The notes beneath the pieces are model-generated. The model did not search any database. It saw only the letters and a list, made by a program, of their open reading frames with translations, and was not told the origin of the DNA. From Octopus sinensis (taxonomy: Eukaryota): a DNA stretch of 64,000 nt. The stretch lies in contig NC_043000.1 of the NCBI RefSeq assembly GCF_006345805.1, positions 121,210,001 to 121,274,000 of the forward strand, given 5' to 3'. Positions 26,089 through 38,958 of this stretch are shown here, piece by piece (position 1 is the first letter of the stretch; every line of letters begins with the position of its first letter). A program made the position numbers and the translations under genes.

Positions 26089-27448
26089 AAAATAAATAAG
26101 TATGTCAAAGCGATAGGAAAAAAGAAAAGAAAAAGAAAAAGGAGGAAGCAAAAGGAAAAAAGAAAGAGTGTTTTATGTTATGTTTAATAATATCGGAAAA
26201 TAGAACATTTTTAGAGAAAAATATAACGGTTCAAATAATTGTAATGGTAGAGGATAATTAATTGTTAGTTAAATATATGATAAAAATGGACAGTTTAAAA
26301 AGATTAATGGTAATGCATGTGATGAGGGGCGCATGCAGCCATTCATGACCATTATTGTGTAACAATCTCATCATAATCATTCTATGTATTGTCTCCTCTG
26401 TGGTGTCCTGTCTGTCCTTGTTTGTCCCCCTCTATGTTTGGGCCCTTGCGGCTAATAAAGAAACCGAGCGGTCAGAGTGTAGCGGTAGAAGAGTCGAGTT
26501 GGGTAGTAGATGCATCCGAACGTGCGACATAACATTATTCTAGATAGTTCCTCTTTTATATAAGAGATTCAACCGAGTTGAAAGGTTGATCACGGACAGT
26601 GATGCTGACAACACTGAAAGACATCGTTTGAAGAAATGATAGAAAAAGCTAAAACAAACCTTATTTACTGAAACCTCTAGGGTTTTGTTCATAAATAACA
26701 CAAGTATCTGATTAATAAATATGGGGTATTTAATTCAACATGCAAGTTTTAAATATATTTAAATACCTGACCAGATTATATCGAGTCTATTCGAACACAT
26801 TTGTTTTTAGCAAGGTAACATTTAACGTTCATTAACTGTTACAGATATTTATTGGCAAAAATCTCGTCTTGTGCAATTTCCTTGCAATAGTTCTTTATTT
26901 TAAAGTAATTTTCCAGACATTCACTGTAGCTTGGTTTATAATCTGATTCATAAATCACTTTATGCAACAGTAACAAGAACAACAATACAATCTGACAACA
27001 ATTACAACAACAGCACAAGCAATATATTCTATGATCTTATCGTATGATCTTATATGCGCAATTTTATTATTTTGCTTTTTTATTTTTGTTTGTTCTAAAT
27101 CTAATCGGAATCTATGCCCGCGAAACTCTTTAATAAATTTAATATTCGTATAGATCGTGACTGCTGGCAGTAAGTTATGAAACATATGGCAAGACGCAAC
27201 TATAATGAAATATTATTATCATTATTTTTTTTCTTTTTTGTCGGTTTCCAGCTCAGTTTAGGACACGCAAGTAACTTAGTTATACATGAAGCTTTAATGT
27301 TTCTCCTTCTATGTATTTCCATCTACTTCCATGTGACTCTTTGTATTCATATGTGTAATTCTCTCTCTCCTTCTTTCACTTTCTGTTGCCCACTTTCGCT
27401 GTGCCATATTTGCGCGTCGAATATGGGTATGTATACATATATATGCAT

Positions 27449-27506
<58 letters not shown>

Positions 27507-27536
27507 CTATATATATATATATATTATATATATATG

Positions 27537-27567
<31 letters not shown>

Positions 27568-27574
27568 ATGTATG

Positions 27575-27640
<66 letters not shown>

Positions 27641-27645
<5 letters not shown>

Positions 27646-28051
27646 TATTAGAGAGTTATACACTATGTGGATAACTCTAGTGCTAAAAATAGCTCCGAAG
27701 CAACCACAGAAGATCTGTTTCCAACTAGAATCAACATACATTTAACGTAAGGAAAGTGAAATACAAACAATAAAATAGATTGACTCTATACAATTGTTTC
27801 ATTACTAATGTAATATGTAGTTTTACTTACACTTATATCTATAAGATTTATAGATGTAAGTGTAAGTAAAACTACATATTACATTAGTAATGAAACAATT
27901 GTATAGAGTCAATCTATTTTATTCGTTGTATTACACTTTCCTTACGTTAAATGTATGTTGATTCTAGTTGGAAACAGATCTTCTGTGGTTGCTTCGGAGC
28001 TATTTTTAGCACTAGAGTTATCCACATAGTGGATAACTCTCTAATAATTTA
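27641..28051. repeat. Near-perfect palindrome: 204-bp arms, 3-nt loop (GAT, 27845-27847)
   Basis: 27641-27844 is the reverse complement of 27848-28051 with about 5 mismatches; the left end abuts (TA)n. Confidence 0.95.
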
Positions 28052-28171
28052 TGTATAAATTTGTATTTTCTCCGTAGTTTTTTGTGCTAAGCCACTTGGT
28101 GTTAAATTAATGGTATTATTAAATTAATATCGATTTTTCACCCTCATTTATAATTATATATATATATTATA

Positions 28172-28603
<432 letters not shown>

Positions 28604-29050
28604 AAATATATATATTTGCCATGGGAAAATAGATTCTAAAATACGTCGGCGATGCCTTTGTATCTTTTGGTAGGGAAATAGCCTGCCCAAGTAACCATCT
28701 TTGGCTTTAAGTCGATATTCTCGTCCAGCTATTTAAATAGCAAGGATGTCTTCTAAAGCAAAAATCGGATTAGTTAATTCGTGTTTAAGGGGTAAAATCC
28801 TTCCGGGTATCTGAAATATATACAATAGTGTATACGCAAAGCAAATAACTACCGTGCCTTCCACAAGTCACATTTGAGTGGATAGCCACACTACAATATT
28901 TCTAAGTTGACCGCCTGAAAAATATTTTTAATTTCACTCCACAGGAAGCCATGCGTATATAATAAATGCATACACATGTACACACACACACACCAGGCGC
29001 AAATGTATACCTATTCAATATATACACACACACACAAACATATATGTAGG

Positions 29051-29092
<42 letters not shown>

Positions 29093-29127
29093 AATATATG
29101 TGTATGTATGCATATATATAATATATA

Positions 29128-29181
<54 letters not shown>

Positions 29182-29419
29182 TAAGGGTAGAAATTGATAT
29201 TTATCAATTAAGACCAGTGGTCTAGCATATTAAAAAAGAATCCGAAGATTAAAATATTTATATATACCAATTAAGGACTGAACACGAAAAGTAGACAGTC
29301 AACATGCTAGATATAGACGTCAAATCGCCATTCACCACAAAAGATTATGTTCTCAGATCAAACTCAACACAAAACCATAGCAATAAACAAGTGAAAAATA
29401 TACGAAATAAAATAATTAC

Positions 29420-29484
29420 CCATGTACTAAATTAGTTTCAGCTGTTATTTTCCGCAAGGAAAACTGCAGCCATCATCAGCATGG
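29420..29484 (-). ncRNA. Type I hammerhead ribozyme motif (left-arm copy)
   Basis: Exact reverse complement of 29851-29915. Confidence 0.7.
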
Positions 29485-29850
29485 TCCGTTATAAATGTAA
29501 TTTGATGGACTAGATGCAAACACGATACCGAAATATCGCGTGCATGGAGTTCAGCCTATTACATTAGAATATATCTTTCAAATGCCTCTACTTTGGCGCG
29601 TTGGAACCCTTGATATTTAATTGATAAATATCAATTTCTACCCTTAATTAATTTTATATAAATAAATATGTTCTCTAACCGATAAATTAACTGCTGCTAA
29701 TTATTAGCTGCAGGCTAGTTTTCCCGGGTTCCAACGCGCCAAAGTAGAGGCATTTGAAAGATATATTCTAATGTAATAGGCTGAACTCCATGCACGCGAT
29801 ATTTCGGTATCGTGTTTGCATCTAGTCCATCAAATTACATTTATAACGGA

Positions 29851-29915
29851 CCATGCTGATGATGGCTGCAGTTTTCCTTGCGGAAAATAACAGCTGAAAC
29901 TAATTTAGTACATGG
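29851..29915 (+). ncRNA. Type I hammerhead ribozyme motif (right-arm copy)
   Basis: CCAUG-CUGAUGA-U-GGCUG[ca GUUUUCC uugc GGAAAAU aa]CAGCU-GAAA-CUAAUUUAG-UA|CAUGG. Perfect 5-bp stem I, extended stem II, near-palindromic stem III, GUA triplet (cut after 29910). One extra nt after the CUGAUGA box. Confidence 0.7.
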
Positions 29916-30066
29916 GTAATTATTTTATTTCGTATATTTTTTACTTGTTTATTGCTATGGTTTTGTGTTGAGTTTGATCTGAGAACATAATCTTTTGTGG
30001 TGAATGGCGATTTGACGTCTATATCTAGCATGTTGACTGTCCACTTTTCGTGTTCAGTCCTTAATT

Positions 30067-30122
<56 letters not shown>

Positions 30123-31242
30123 GACTGTATATCTATATCCTCTCTCTCTCTCTGTCTATATATATATATGTGCGTGTGTGTGTACTAATATATACATATA
30201 TATGTATATATGTATATAGATATATATATATATATATATATGTATGTATATAGTAATGCATGTATTTTTGTGTGTACGTATACGTATGTACATAAGTGTA
30301 TATATATATACGTATACATATACTCTCCAATGTAACTAAATATACCATTCTACTCGTAAATAGAAAACCAGTACATCTCATCGTTTTTCTAAATAAGTTA
30401 TTAAATAGACTGATTTAATACATTCTGTACAATACAAACACATTTCTATCAGTTTTACAAATAAAATGGAAAATATAATGAAGCTGATTCGGTCTAATAT
30501 AATTAGATGAGTTAGATGTCTGGCAGCACTTTTAGAAATTTTCGACAATGCTTTACAGTATCCGTTCCGGGTCTCTATGTAATAAATTCAAATACCGCCG
30601 ACGCAAATTTTGACTTCCACCCATTTGGTTTCGATAAAACTATTTTGAAAGGTATCTACTTAAACCATGCTAGGTAACGCATTGAAATAGAAGAAGAATA
30701 ACTCTCCTACCATGGACGTTTGTGGAGATGTATTTCTTCTGGAAACTCCAGACTTCGATTGAGCTAACACTCACTGGCTTTTCCTAAAGAGTGATTTTTT
30801 TTAGAAACCGGTTTACGCAGGACAGCAACCAAGACACACTGAACAAATTTCCGCATGAAAAATGTCGGCAAGGCTTTACAGCTATACGTGTTACACGATG
30901 CCTTTATCTTTATATGCAGTTATGAGATATATAAAATAAGCGTACCAATTATTTTGCTCTTAAAAGAATACCAGTAAAAAATTAACACAGACTAGATGTA
31001 ACAGACTCCGACTAAAACACAAGGGTAAGTATAAGGACGCAGAGGATTAATTAGGATATAGTTGTGAATATACTTAAACTTTCCATTAAGAAACCCATCC
31101 GTCATATGAACATCTACACTCGTAATAAATTTTCCACTTAATAATGAGTTTCAAATGGGAATCATTGATGCATAACATAAATTTGTAAGAGGTTTTGTCC
31201 TTTGTTTCCACTCTTATACTTTCAGTTCTCAGACTGGCTTCA

Positions 31243-31483
31243 TCTATGTATGTATGCATGTATGTATGTATGTATGTATCTATGTATGTATGTATGTAGG
31301 TAGGTATGTATGTAGGTATGTATGTATGTATGTATGTATGTATGTATGCATGCATGTATGTATGTATGTATGTATGCATGCATGTATGTATGTATGTATG
31401 TATGTATGTATGTATGTATGTGTGTATATATCTATCTATCTGTCTATCTATCTATCTATCTACCTACCTACCTACCTACCTAC

Positions 31484-31526
<43 letters not shown>

Positions 31527-31745
31527 CCTACCTTCCTACCTGCCTACCTACTTATCTATCTACCTTCCTACCTGCCTACCTACTTATCTATCTACCTTCC
31601 TACCTGCCTACCTAGTTACCTATCTACCTACGTACTTACCTACCCACGTACATACCAACCTGCTTACCTACCTACCTAAATACCCACCTACCTAAATACC
31701 TACCTACCTACCTAACTACCTACCTACCTACCAACCTACCTACCT
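31243..31745. repeat. (ATGT)n-(ATCT)n-(ACCT)n compound tetranucleotide array
   Basis: Direct reading. Confidence 0.95.
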
Positions 31746-31939
31746 GTATGCTTACACGCATACATACACACACATACACAGTTTTATAATTAAGCACAAA
31801 ATAGTGTTTAGAATCTAGAACTGATTAGGTAGCATTTTATTTAATGCAGTCCTGACAGATTAAATCATTATATACAATACTCTACCATCAGGTAAAATCT
31901 TAAAGAGGTAATACTTTAAACAGATATACGTTTTGTTTG

Positions 31940-31977
<38 letters not shown>

Positions 31978-32499
31978 AAAGTGAGTGTGTATTTGTCTGT
32001 GATTGCATGTGCGTATTATTTCCTTGTTTGCTGTCTGTTCATGCCTCTTCATGAAGATAAATATGTCCACAACCCTCTTTTGACTTCCGGACCTTAAGCC
32101 TGTCCTGTTCTTTAATTGCTTGTCAGCTCTGGAGAGTTTTTGATATTAGAGATTATCTCCTATTATCAAATGGTGTTCGTCACACTTCCCATTTGGCAAT
32201 TGCGGTATAGCATGTAGAGGCAAAGGTAAGCTCAATAAATCAAGAATGTGTGTTATATACTATTCGATATACTTCTCGTAGAGTGTGCCGTTAATATAAA
32301 CTACACTAGCTAGTCTAAGTTATTTCATTTAGCATATTTCAGTTTAGATATGCATATATTATAAATGTGTACACACGTATACACACACACACCAAACGCA
32401 AATGTATACATATTCAAATATACATACATACATATATATATATATATATCCCTCTAGCGTCTAACGTCTGACCTCTGACCTCTGACTTCTGGCTGAAGT

Positions 32500-32700
32500 C
32501 AGAACGCCATGATGGACCGTTAGCTCCTTCACGCATTTTTTTCTCTCCTTGTTTCTTTTCTGTGTATCTTTCTGTCGAAGAGCGTAGGCTCGAAACGTAA
32601 AAGACTTGTTCTATTTCTATTCCTGAGCGCCATACTAATATATTTGTTTGTTTGTACTCCACTTGCCTTCGTCTTTTGTTTATTTTCATAAACCTTCCTG
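32500..32700 (+). mobile_element. Family D element with non-canonical hammerhead-like motif at 32567-32604
   Basis: UCUUU-CUGUCGA-A-GAGC guag GCUC-GAAA-CG-UA|AAAGA; stems are intact but core A6 is U. Confidence 0.6.
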
Positions 32701-32807
32701 TTATATATATATATATATGTATGTATATATATGTATATATATATATATAATATTATTGGTGAATTGAAGAAATGGAGCTGAACGCAGATTGAACAGAAAT
32801 CGTTTTA

Positions 32808-32897
32808 TTTCATTCTACACGTGTTTCGAAAGGCACAATTTACCAAAATCCGATTGAATAATGGGACCATATTGTGTCTTTCTCTTCAGGAAGAAAA
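32808..32897 (-). ncRNA. Type I hammerhead ribozyme motif with long stem II, followed by AATAAA
   Basis: Minus strand: uuuucUUC-CUGAAGA-GAAAGACACAAU[31 nt]AUUGUGCCUUUC-GAAA-C ACGU G-UA|GAAugaaa. Canonical core, 11/12-bp stem II, perfect palindrome ACACGUGU; AATAAA at 32804-32809. Confidence 0.75.
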
Positions 32898-33019
32898 TAG
32901 GAAATCCGTTGGAAAAAACAAAAACAGAACAGAGGCGGAGCAAAAACAAATCGAATTAGGCTCCTAAGAGCCCATGGCGAAACTGTTTATCAGTGTATGT
33001 TGAGAACCGGTGGCTGAAG

Positions 33020-33023
<4 letters not shown>

Positions 33024-33112
<89 letters not shown>

Positions 33113-33149
33113 CATATATATATATACATATATATATATAATATATATA

Positions 33150-33188
<39 letters not shown>

Positions 33189-33249
33189 TATATATATGTA
33201 TGTATATATATGTATATATATATATATAATATTATATACATATATATAA

Positions 33250-33317
<68 letters not shown>

Positions 33318-33340
33318 ATTTGTGTATGTATGCATATATA

Positions 33341-33426
<86 letters not shown>

Positions 33427-33445
33427 GAGGATATATATATATATA
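33024..33445. repeat. Long (TA)n array
   Basis: Direct reading. Confidence 0.95.
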
Positions 33446-34700
33446 GGTGTATATGTGTGTACACATACACACGGTTATTTTTCTGTTCTGTAAAGTAAGT
33501 TTTTCCTTATTGTCTATATAACCTGGGCAAAAAAGAAAGTTATCTGTGTTTTGAATTTATGTATTCATCAATATGGAGTTAGAAGCATATTCAAAGTTAT
33601 CCAAAAAAATTATCTGAAGTTATCAATTTTAAAACAAAAATATTTTTTTCGTAAGTTATATTGAGAATGGCGATTTGCTTTCAGTTGTTATCACTTTGCT
33701 GATATGCTATACTGGTTTTCTCGTTTTTAGTCTCGGTTTGTAAAACAACTCCATTATCAATTTCTTAAAAAAATTTAACTGACGCATACATAAAACGTAG
33801 ACGTGTGTGTGTATGTGTGTACAGACAAAGAGACAAAGAGACACATATATAAATAGAGGCTGATATTCGGTTCTGAGTTGGCAAGACTTATGGAATAAAA
33901 TCAAATCGATAGATGTATACACTGGAGTTACTTTTGGAAGAGAAAAAAATAAACCGACGTTTCGGACAATAAACATTCCCCAAGGAAAAGAGGAAATGTA
34001 GGTTATAATTGAGGGATATCGGGGCTTTACATATTTACATATGTGCTTGCACACACGCGCACAAACACACACAAATATATTTGGTTAATGAGATGGAAGA
34101 TACGAGAATCTTCATTAATCACTAGAATTATTTCCACCCATATAGCATTGATCCCTCACGGGTGTGATACTTAGTAAGTAATTGAGGAGAATCCGGCGGT
34201 GTAGATATGTCGCTTCGAGTGATAATTCGATATAACGCGTCAAAATAACGACTGTTCTGCAAAGTATCTTCTTGGTTCGTGAAAAGAGAAGCAGCAAAGG
34301 GTACATCCATATCCATTAGCGATTATGCTTAAACCTTTTTTTCGCTGTACTGTGTATTCGTTTCTTTTTTGCATGTTATTTATTATTATTACTCTTCTTT
34401 AAAAATGAAGTTAGATCTTTTCACTCCCTGTTTTTCTTTACATGAACCTAGAGGATAATTTGCGGAACAACCGTTAGTCTAAAGCGTTATAAGTGCCCCG
34501 AAACTAGTAGCTAAGTATCCCACTCTGACGGATCGATGCTAGATGGGTCGAAGCATTTGTGGTGACTAATAAAAATGTTCGTATCTTCCATCTTCCATCT
34601 ATCTCGTTAACCAAATACACATGGTACACTGTGAAAGTGAACGTGATTTATCGGTAAGCTACCAGGTACGTACTGATGGAAGGTGTAATAGACTTTATTG

Positions 34701-34747
34701 GGTACAACACATGTTTCGACCCGTTCTGGGCCTCTTCAAGTACATCA
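34701..34747 (-). ncRNA. Minimal hammerhead motif (U3 variant) followed by AATAAA
   Basis: Minus strand: GUAC-UUGAAGA-GGCCC agaac GGGUC-GAAA-C AUGU G-UU|GUAC-ccAAUAAA. 4-bp stem I, 5-bp stem II, C3 replaced by U. Confidence 0.55.
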
Positions 34748-34989
34748 ATAAAAAGTTTCCCTAGCGGTTTCTCGAGTCGGCTTACATATCGCTGTATGTC
34801 CATCAAATACGAGAATGAGTAAACGAAGAGAAGAATTATTGAAACGCAAGAAATATATACGGGGTAAATATACATTCTAGTTTAGAGAATATGACGTAAT
34901 GAGAATTCTCTGTATGTATATATGTATAAGTGTGTGTGTATTTATGTAAAAATACATGTATTTTTATATATATAGATAGATATATGGAA

Positions 34990-35096
<107 letters not shown>

Positions 35097-35121
35097 ATAT
35101 ATATATGTATATATGTATAAA

Positions 35122-35426
35122 GACCCCCTTCGGTCAAGAATGAACATGGGATTGCACCTAGAAAGTTACCTTCCTAGACACAAGTCCGGGCAAGGTTGTT
35201 TATGGAAGACCAGAAGTCGCCCATGCATACCAGCCTCCCCTCTCCACGCCACCAGTGTTATCCAAGGGAAAGACAAAGGTCGATACAGCTTGGCACCAGT
35301 GACGTCGCAAATTATTTCTACAGCTGAGTGAACTAGAGCAACGTGAAATAAACAACACGCAGCCCGGTCCGCATTCGAGCTCACAACCTCACGATCGTAA
35401 GCTCGACGCTCTAACCACTGAGCCAT
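35122..35426 (-). mobile_element. tRNA-derived SINE, distinct tail (B-related head)
   Basis: Reverse complement starts ATGGCTCAGTGGTTAGAGCGTCGAGCTTACGATCGTGAGG; core CACGTTGCTCTAGTTCACTCAGCTGTAGAAAT. Confidence 0.8.
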
Positions 35427-36542
35427 ATATATATATATATATATACATACATGTGTATATGCATACATATATATATATATATACATACATGTGTATATAT
35501 ATATACATATATATGAATACATGTGTTTATTTACATGCATATATATTCGTTTGTGTGTGTGTGTGTGTGTATGTATATATATATATATTTGCGGGTTTTC
35601 AAAAATATGCTGTTCTGTATTTGACCCTACATCTTTGTATTTTAGGCAAAACGAAATTTCATAGAAATTCAAAGCCTGGCCATTATATACAATATATTTG
35701 TTGGCGGCAATCCAAAACTTATGACAAAATCTGCTTTCAGTCCTGTCTTAAGTTTTCATCAGCCCCTGTGCGCCTTCTTTTAATTAACTATCGGTAAGCA
35801 CCTCTTCAGCAGCTCCTGTGCGCTCAGCAGCTGCGGTATGCCTTCTTTTAAGCACCTCTTCCGTATAACAGCTTTTAATTTATAGTTAGATCTACTTCAT
35901 ATAGCGCAGCTCATTTAATAGCGTTGTCGACAGAAAACCTGTGATTAGTCTGGTTTATTTCATTTTGTGTCTAGATTTCCTGAAAGCTCTTCAATTTCCC
36001 CACAATTTGCGGTTTATAAGCATGCTGCCAAAAATATTTTATAGGGTAGATAGATTGATTTGCATATGGTATTGCATTTTCGTCGGTTGCTTGATCAATA
36101 ACTTATTGGATAACCTAACAGTCATTTGTCTGAATGCAATTTTCTACTTCCCAGTATTTGGTATATTTATCGTCACTCTCCCTCTGTCCCTCTGTCCATC
36201 TCTCACTATCCCTTCTATCACCCATACCTCCCTCTCTCTCCTCACTCTCGCTTCCACTCTCTCTCTCCCATCCTTTCCCTCTCTTTGACATTTACGTAGT
36301 GAAATGTGTGACAGAAAGAATCATCAGTATTACGATCTAAGTTGGAAAATATAGAAAACATACGTGTCAAAAAGTTGCAGCGTGGAAGGTGTTTATACGC
36401 CATTTAAGAACACATAAAAAACCGTTAGATTTACGTCAGCATTTAAAATAAATTTGCCAAAATATTTTCGTCGCTTTGAGACCGCGACCTGTTCATTGAC
36501 AAAATTCCATGCTGCATCTGGGAGAGTAACAGTTAGTTCAGG

Positions 36543-36573
<31 letters not shown>

Positions 36574-36780
36574 TGTATGTATGCATGTATGTATGTATGT
36601 ATGTGTGTATGTATGTATGTATGTATGCACGTATGTATGTATGTATGCATGTATGTATGCATGCATGCTTGTATGTATGTATGTATGTATGTATGCATGC
36701 ATGCATGTATGTACGTATGTATGTATGTGTGCATCTAGGTATGTGCGGATGCATATGTGTGCATGCGTATGTATGTATAT
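36543..36780. repeat. (ATGT)n array
   Basis: Direct reading. Confidence 0.95.
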
Positions 36781-37538
36781 GGATTTCAACATGTAAATGA
36801 GAGATATGGGTGATTATAGATGGGTACTAACGAATGGAATCTGGGTGTTACCCCATTCGGATTTACGGTTGAGGGTGGATTTGTATTCCTGTATACAGCT
36901 TCACTGACTTGTCTCAGCATTGAATCCTTGGGGTGTGTAGATAAGATGTCTAACCTAAGTCTTCTTAAGAAGCCCTAGTTATAGAGACAGTGTTGCTATT
37001 TCAGAATATCGAAATATCAGAAATCTGGATTTTGTGTTGAGCGTAATTCATGAGATAGTGTTATGAATTATGGATTCTGATATAACCTAATATACTTCGT
37101 AAATTATCTCCGAATGAAATATATTACACAGGTTCAAAGCATAGTTGATGATGGTCATTTACTACGTTTACATATTTAATACTTTTGAGGGAATGGATCA
37201 ATGTCACATTTTTCAAAATATACCGAGTCTCCTTTAAAAAAAATATTGTGATTCAAGTGTTTCGTATATGATTGTAGGGTATTTTTTATATTGAACTATA
37301 TAGAGATGAAGAACAGTAGCAATCCCGATATTTAAGGAAAACAACAAAGATCTTTCCCATATGCAAGGGACATAAATTCGCAGAATACAGGTGTAGACAA
37401 TAGAATAGAGGTGAGAATATAAGTAAACAATACGTTATAGGATATTTAAATAAACATTCTGTGGACGTATATGAAATTACGACATTGAACAACTTTTTTG
37501 TTTATTACTTTTTAATTTTTTTCGTCACTAGTAGTAAT

Positions 37539-37960
37539 CTTTGCCACTCTAAGAACAAGAATCGAAATTTTTGGAGAGAGGCCAGTCGATTAGATCGACC
37601 CCACTACGCAACTGGTACTTAATTTACCGACTAAATTCGACTCCGAAATTATAAAAGGCAAAGTCGACCTCGGCGGAATTTGAACTCGGAACGTAAAGAC
37701 AGACGAAATACCCGCGTGCTAACGTTTCTTATTTCTTTATTGCCCACAGGGGGATGAACACAGAGGGGGCAAACAAGGACGGACAAAGGGATTAAGTGGA
37801 TTAGATCGACCCCAGGATTTCACTGGTACTTATTTTATCGACCCCGAAAGGATGAAAGGCAAATTTGATCTCGGTGGAATTTGAACTCAGAACGTAGTGG
37901 CAGACGAAATACTGCTAAGCATTTCGCCCGGCGTGCTAACGTTTCTGCCAGCTCGCCGCC
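37539..37960 (-). mobile_element. SINE family A dimer (A1-tailed unit then A2-tailed unit) within one TSD
   Basis: Two bodies; flanks TTCGTCACTAGTAGTAAT (37521-37538) and TTCATCACTAGTAATAAT (37961-37978), 16/18 identical. Confidence 0.85.
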
Positions 37961-38427
37961 TTCATCACTAGTAATAATAAATATTATTAAATATCGACGA
38001 AAAATTATCATGAGATTTCACACATTTATAAAGTGAATAAGTTTGCACGAACATGTTAACATTTTCATCTCCCCTAGACATTAACATTTAGTCTGTGACT
38101 TGCCCATAGAAAACATTTATTCTTAAAGGTGTCATTTAAGGACAAATTTTTAAGGGTTTCTTTTGAAATGATTTCAATCAATATAAAGTTTGAATAACCG
38201 CCCCCGAAAATTTATTTCATTTTAAATATTTTTAAATAAGCACAATTATAAACAAGACTGGCATCGTCTAGCATTAAAAGAAGGGAATCAAAAAGTATTA
38301 AAAGTTAAAGTGCAGCAATCAGCTACAGCGTATGCGTAAAGGTAAGCGAAAGTTGTAGCTTTAGCCTCAAAGAATAAGAACGAGAGCAAGTATTGCTAGA
38401 AGTTACGAACACTTGACACACACACAC

Positions 38428-38479
<52 letters not shown>

Positions 38480-38539
38480 TGATAATAATAACAATTATTA
38501 TTATTATTATTATTATTATTATTGTTGTTGTTTTATTAT

Positions 38540-38700
38540 TTTGCTTGTTGCAGTCATTTTACTGCGGTCATACTGGAGCACCGAATTTAGTCGACCCAAT
38601 GTTTAAATATTTGTTTAAAGACCAGTACTTATTTTATAGGTTTCTTTTTGAGGAAATGCTTCGCTACGGCGACGTAAACACAGACCCACACACACACATA
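38540..38700 (-). mobile_element. SINE family C 3' fragment
   Basis: CAGTCATTTTACTGCGGTCATACTGGAGCACC is the reverse complement of the family C tail. Confidence 0.6.
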
Positions 38701-38716
38701 TACTTATATATAAATG

Positions 38717-38770
<54 letters not shown>

Positions 38771-38958
38771 CGTGTGTGTGTGGCAATGTACATTGTGACA
38801 TTGTATTCAATTTTCAAATTTAATTGAAGTAAATCTAATAAAGGTATAAAAGTTTACGGTATGCATTCATAGATTCTACTAAAATTATGAATCAATAGAT
38901 ATCTCTAATTACGAAGCAGCTGTAAGAAATACTTAGATATGTCTTTATTATCATCATA

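Larger units (their letters stand above)
29168..30076. mobile_element. Foldback element: 351-bp inverted arms (29259-29609 / 29726-30076) plus a second 44-bp inverted pair (29168-29211 / 29617-29660), bounded by (TA)n
   Basis: The arms are reverse complements with about 2 mismatches, and each carries a hammerhead. Confidence 0.9.

Noticed and set aside
32127-32225. Plus-strand 99-bp candidate exon
   Set aside because: Stops in all three frames; it could only be non-coding, and nothing supports that.
28968-32430. ~80-bp similarity between 28955-29035 and 32350-32430
   Set aside because: Mostly CA/TA low-complexity sequence, and the flanks do not extend the match.
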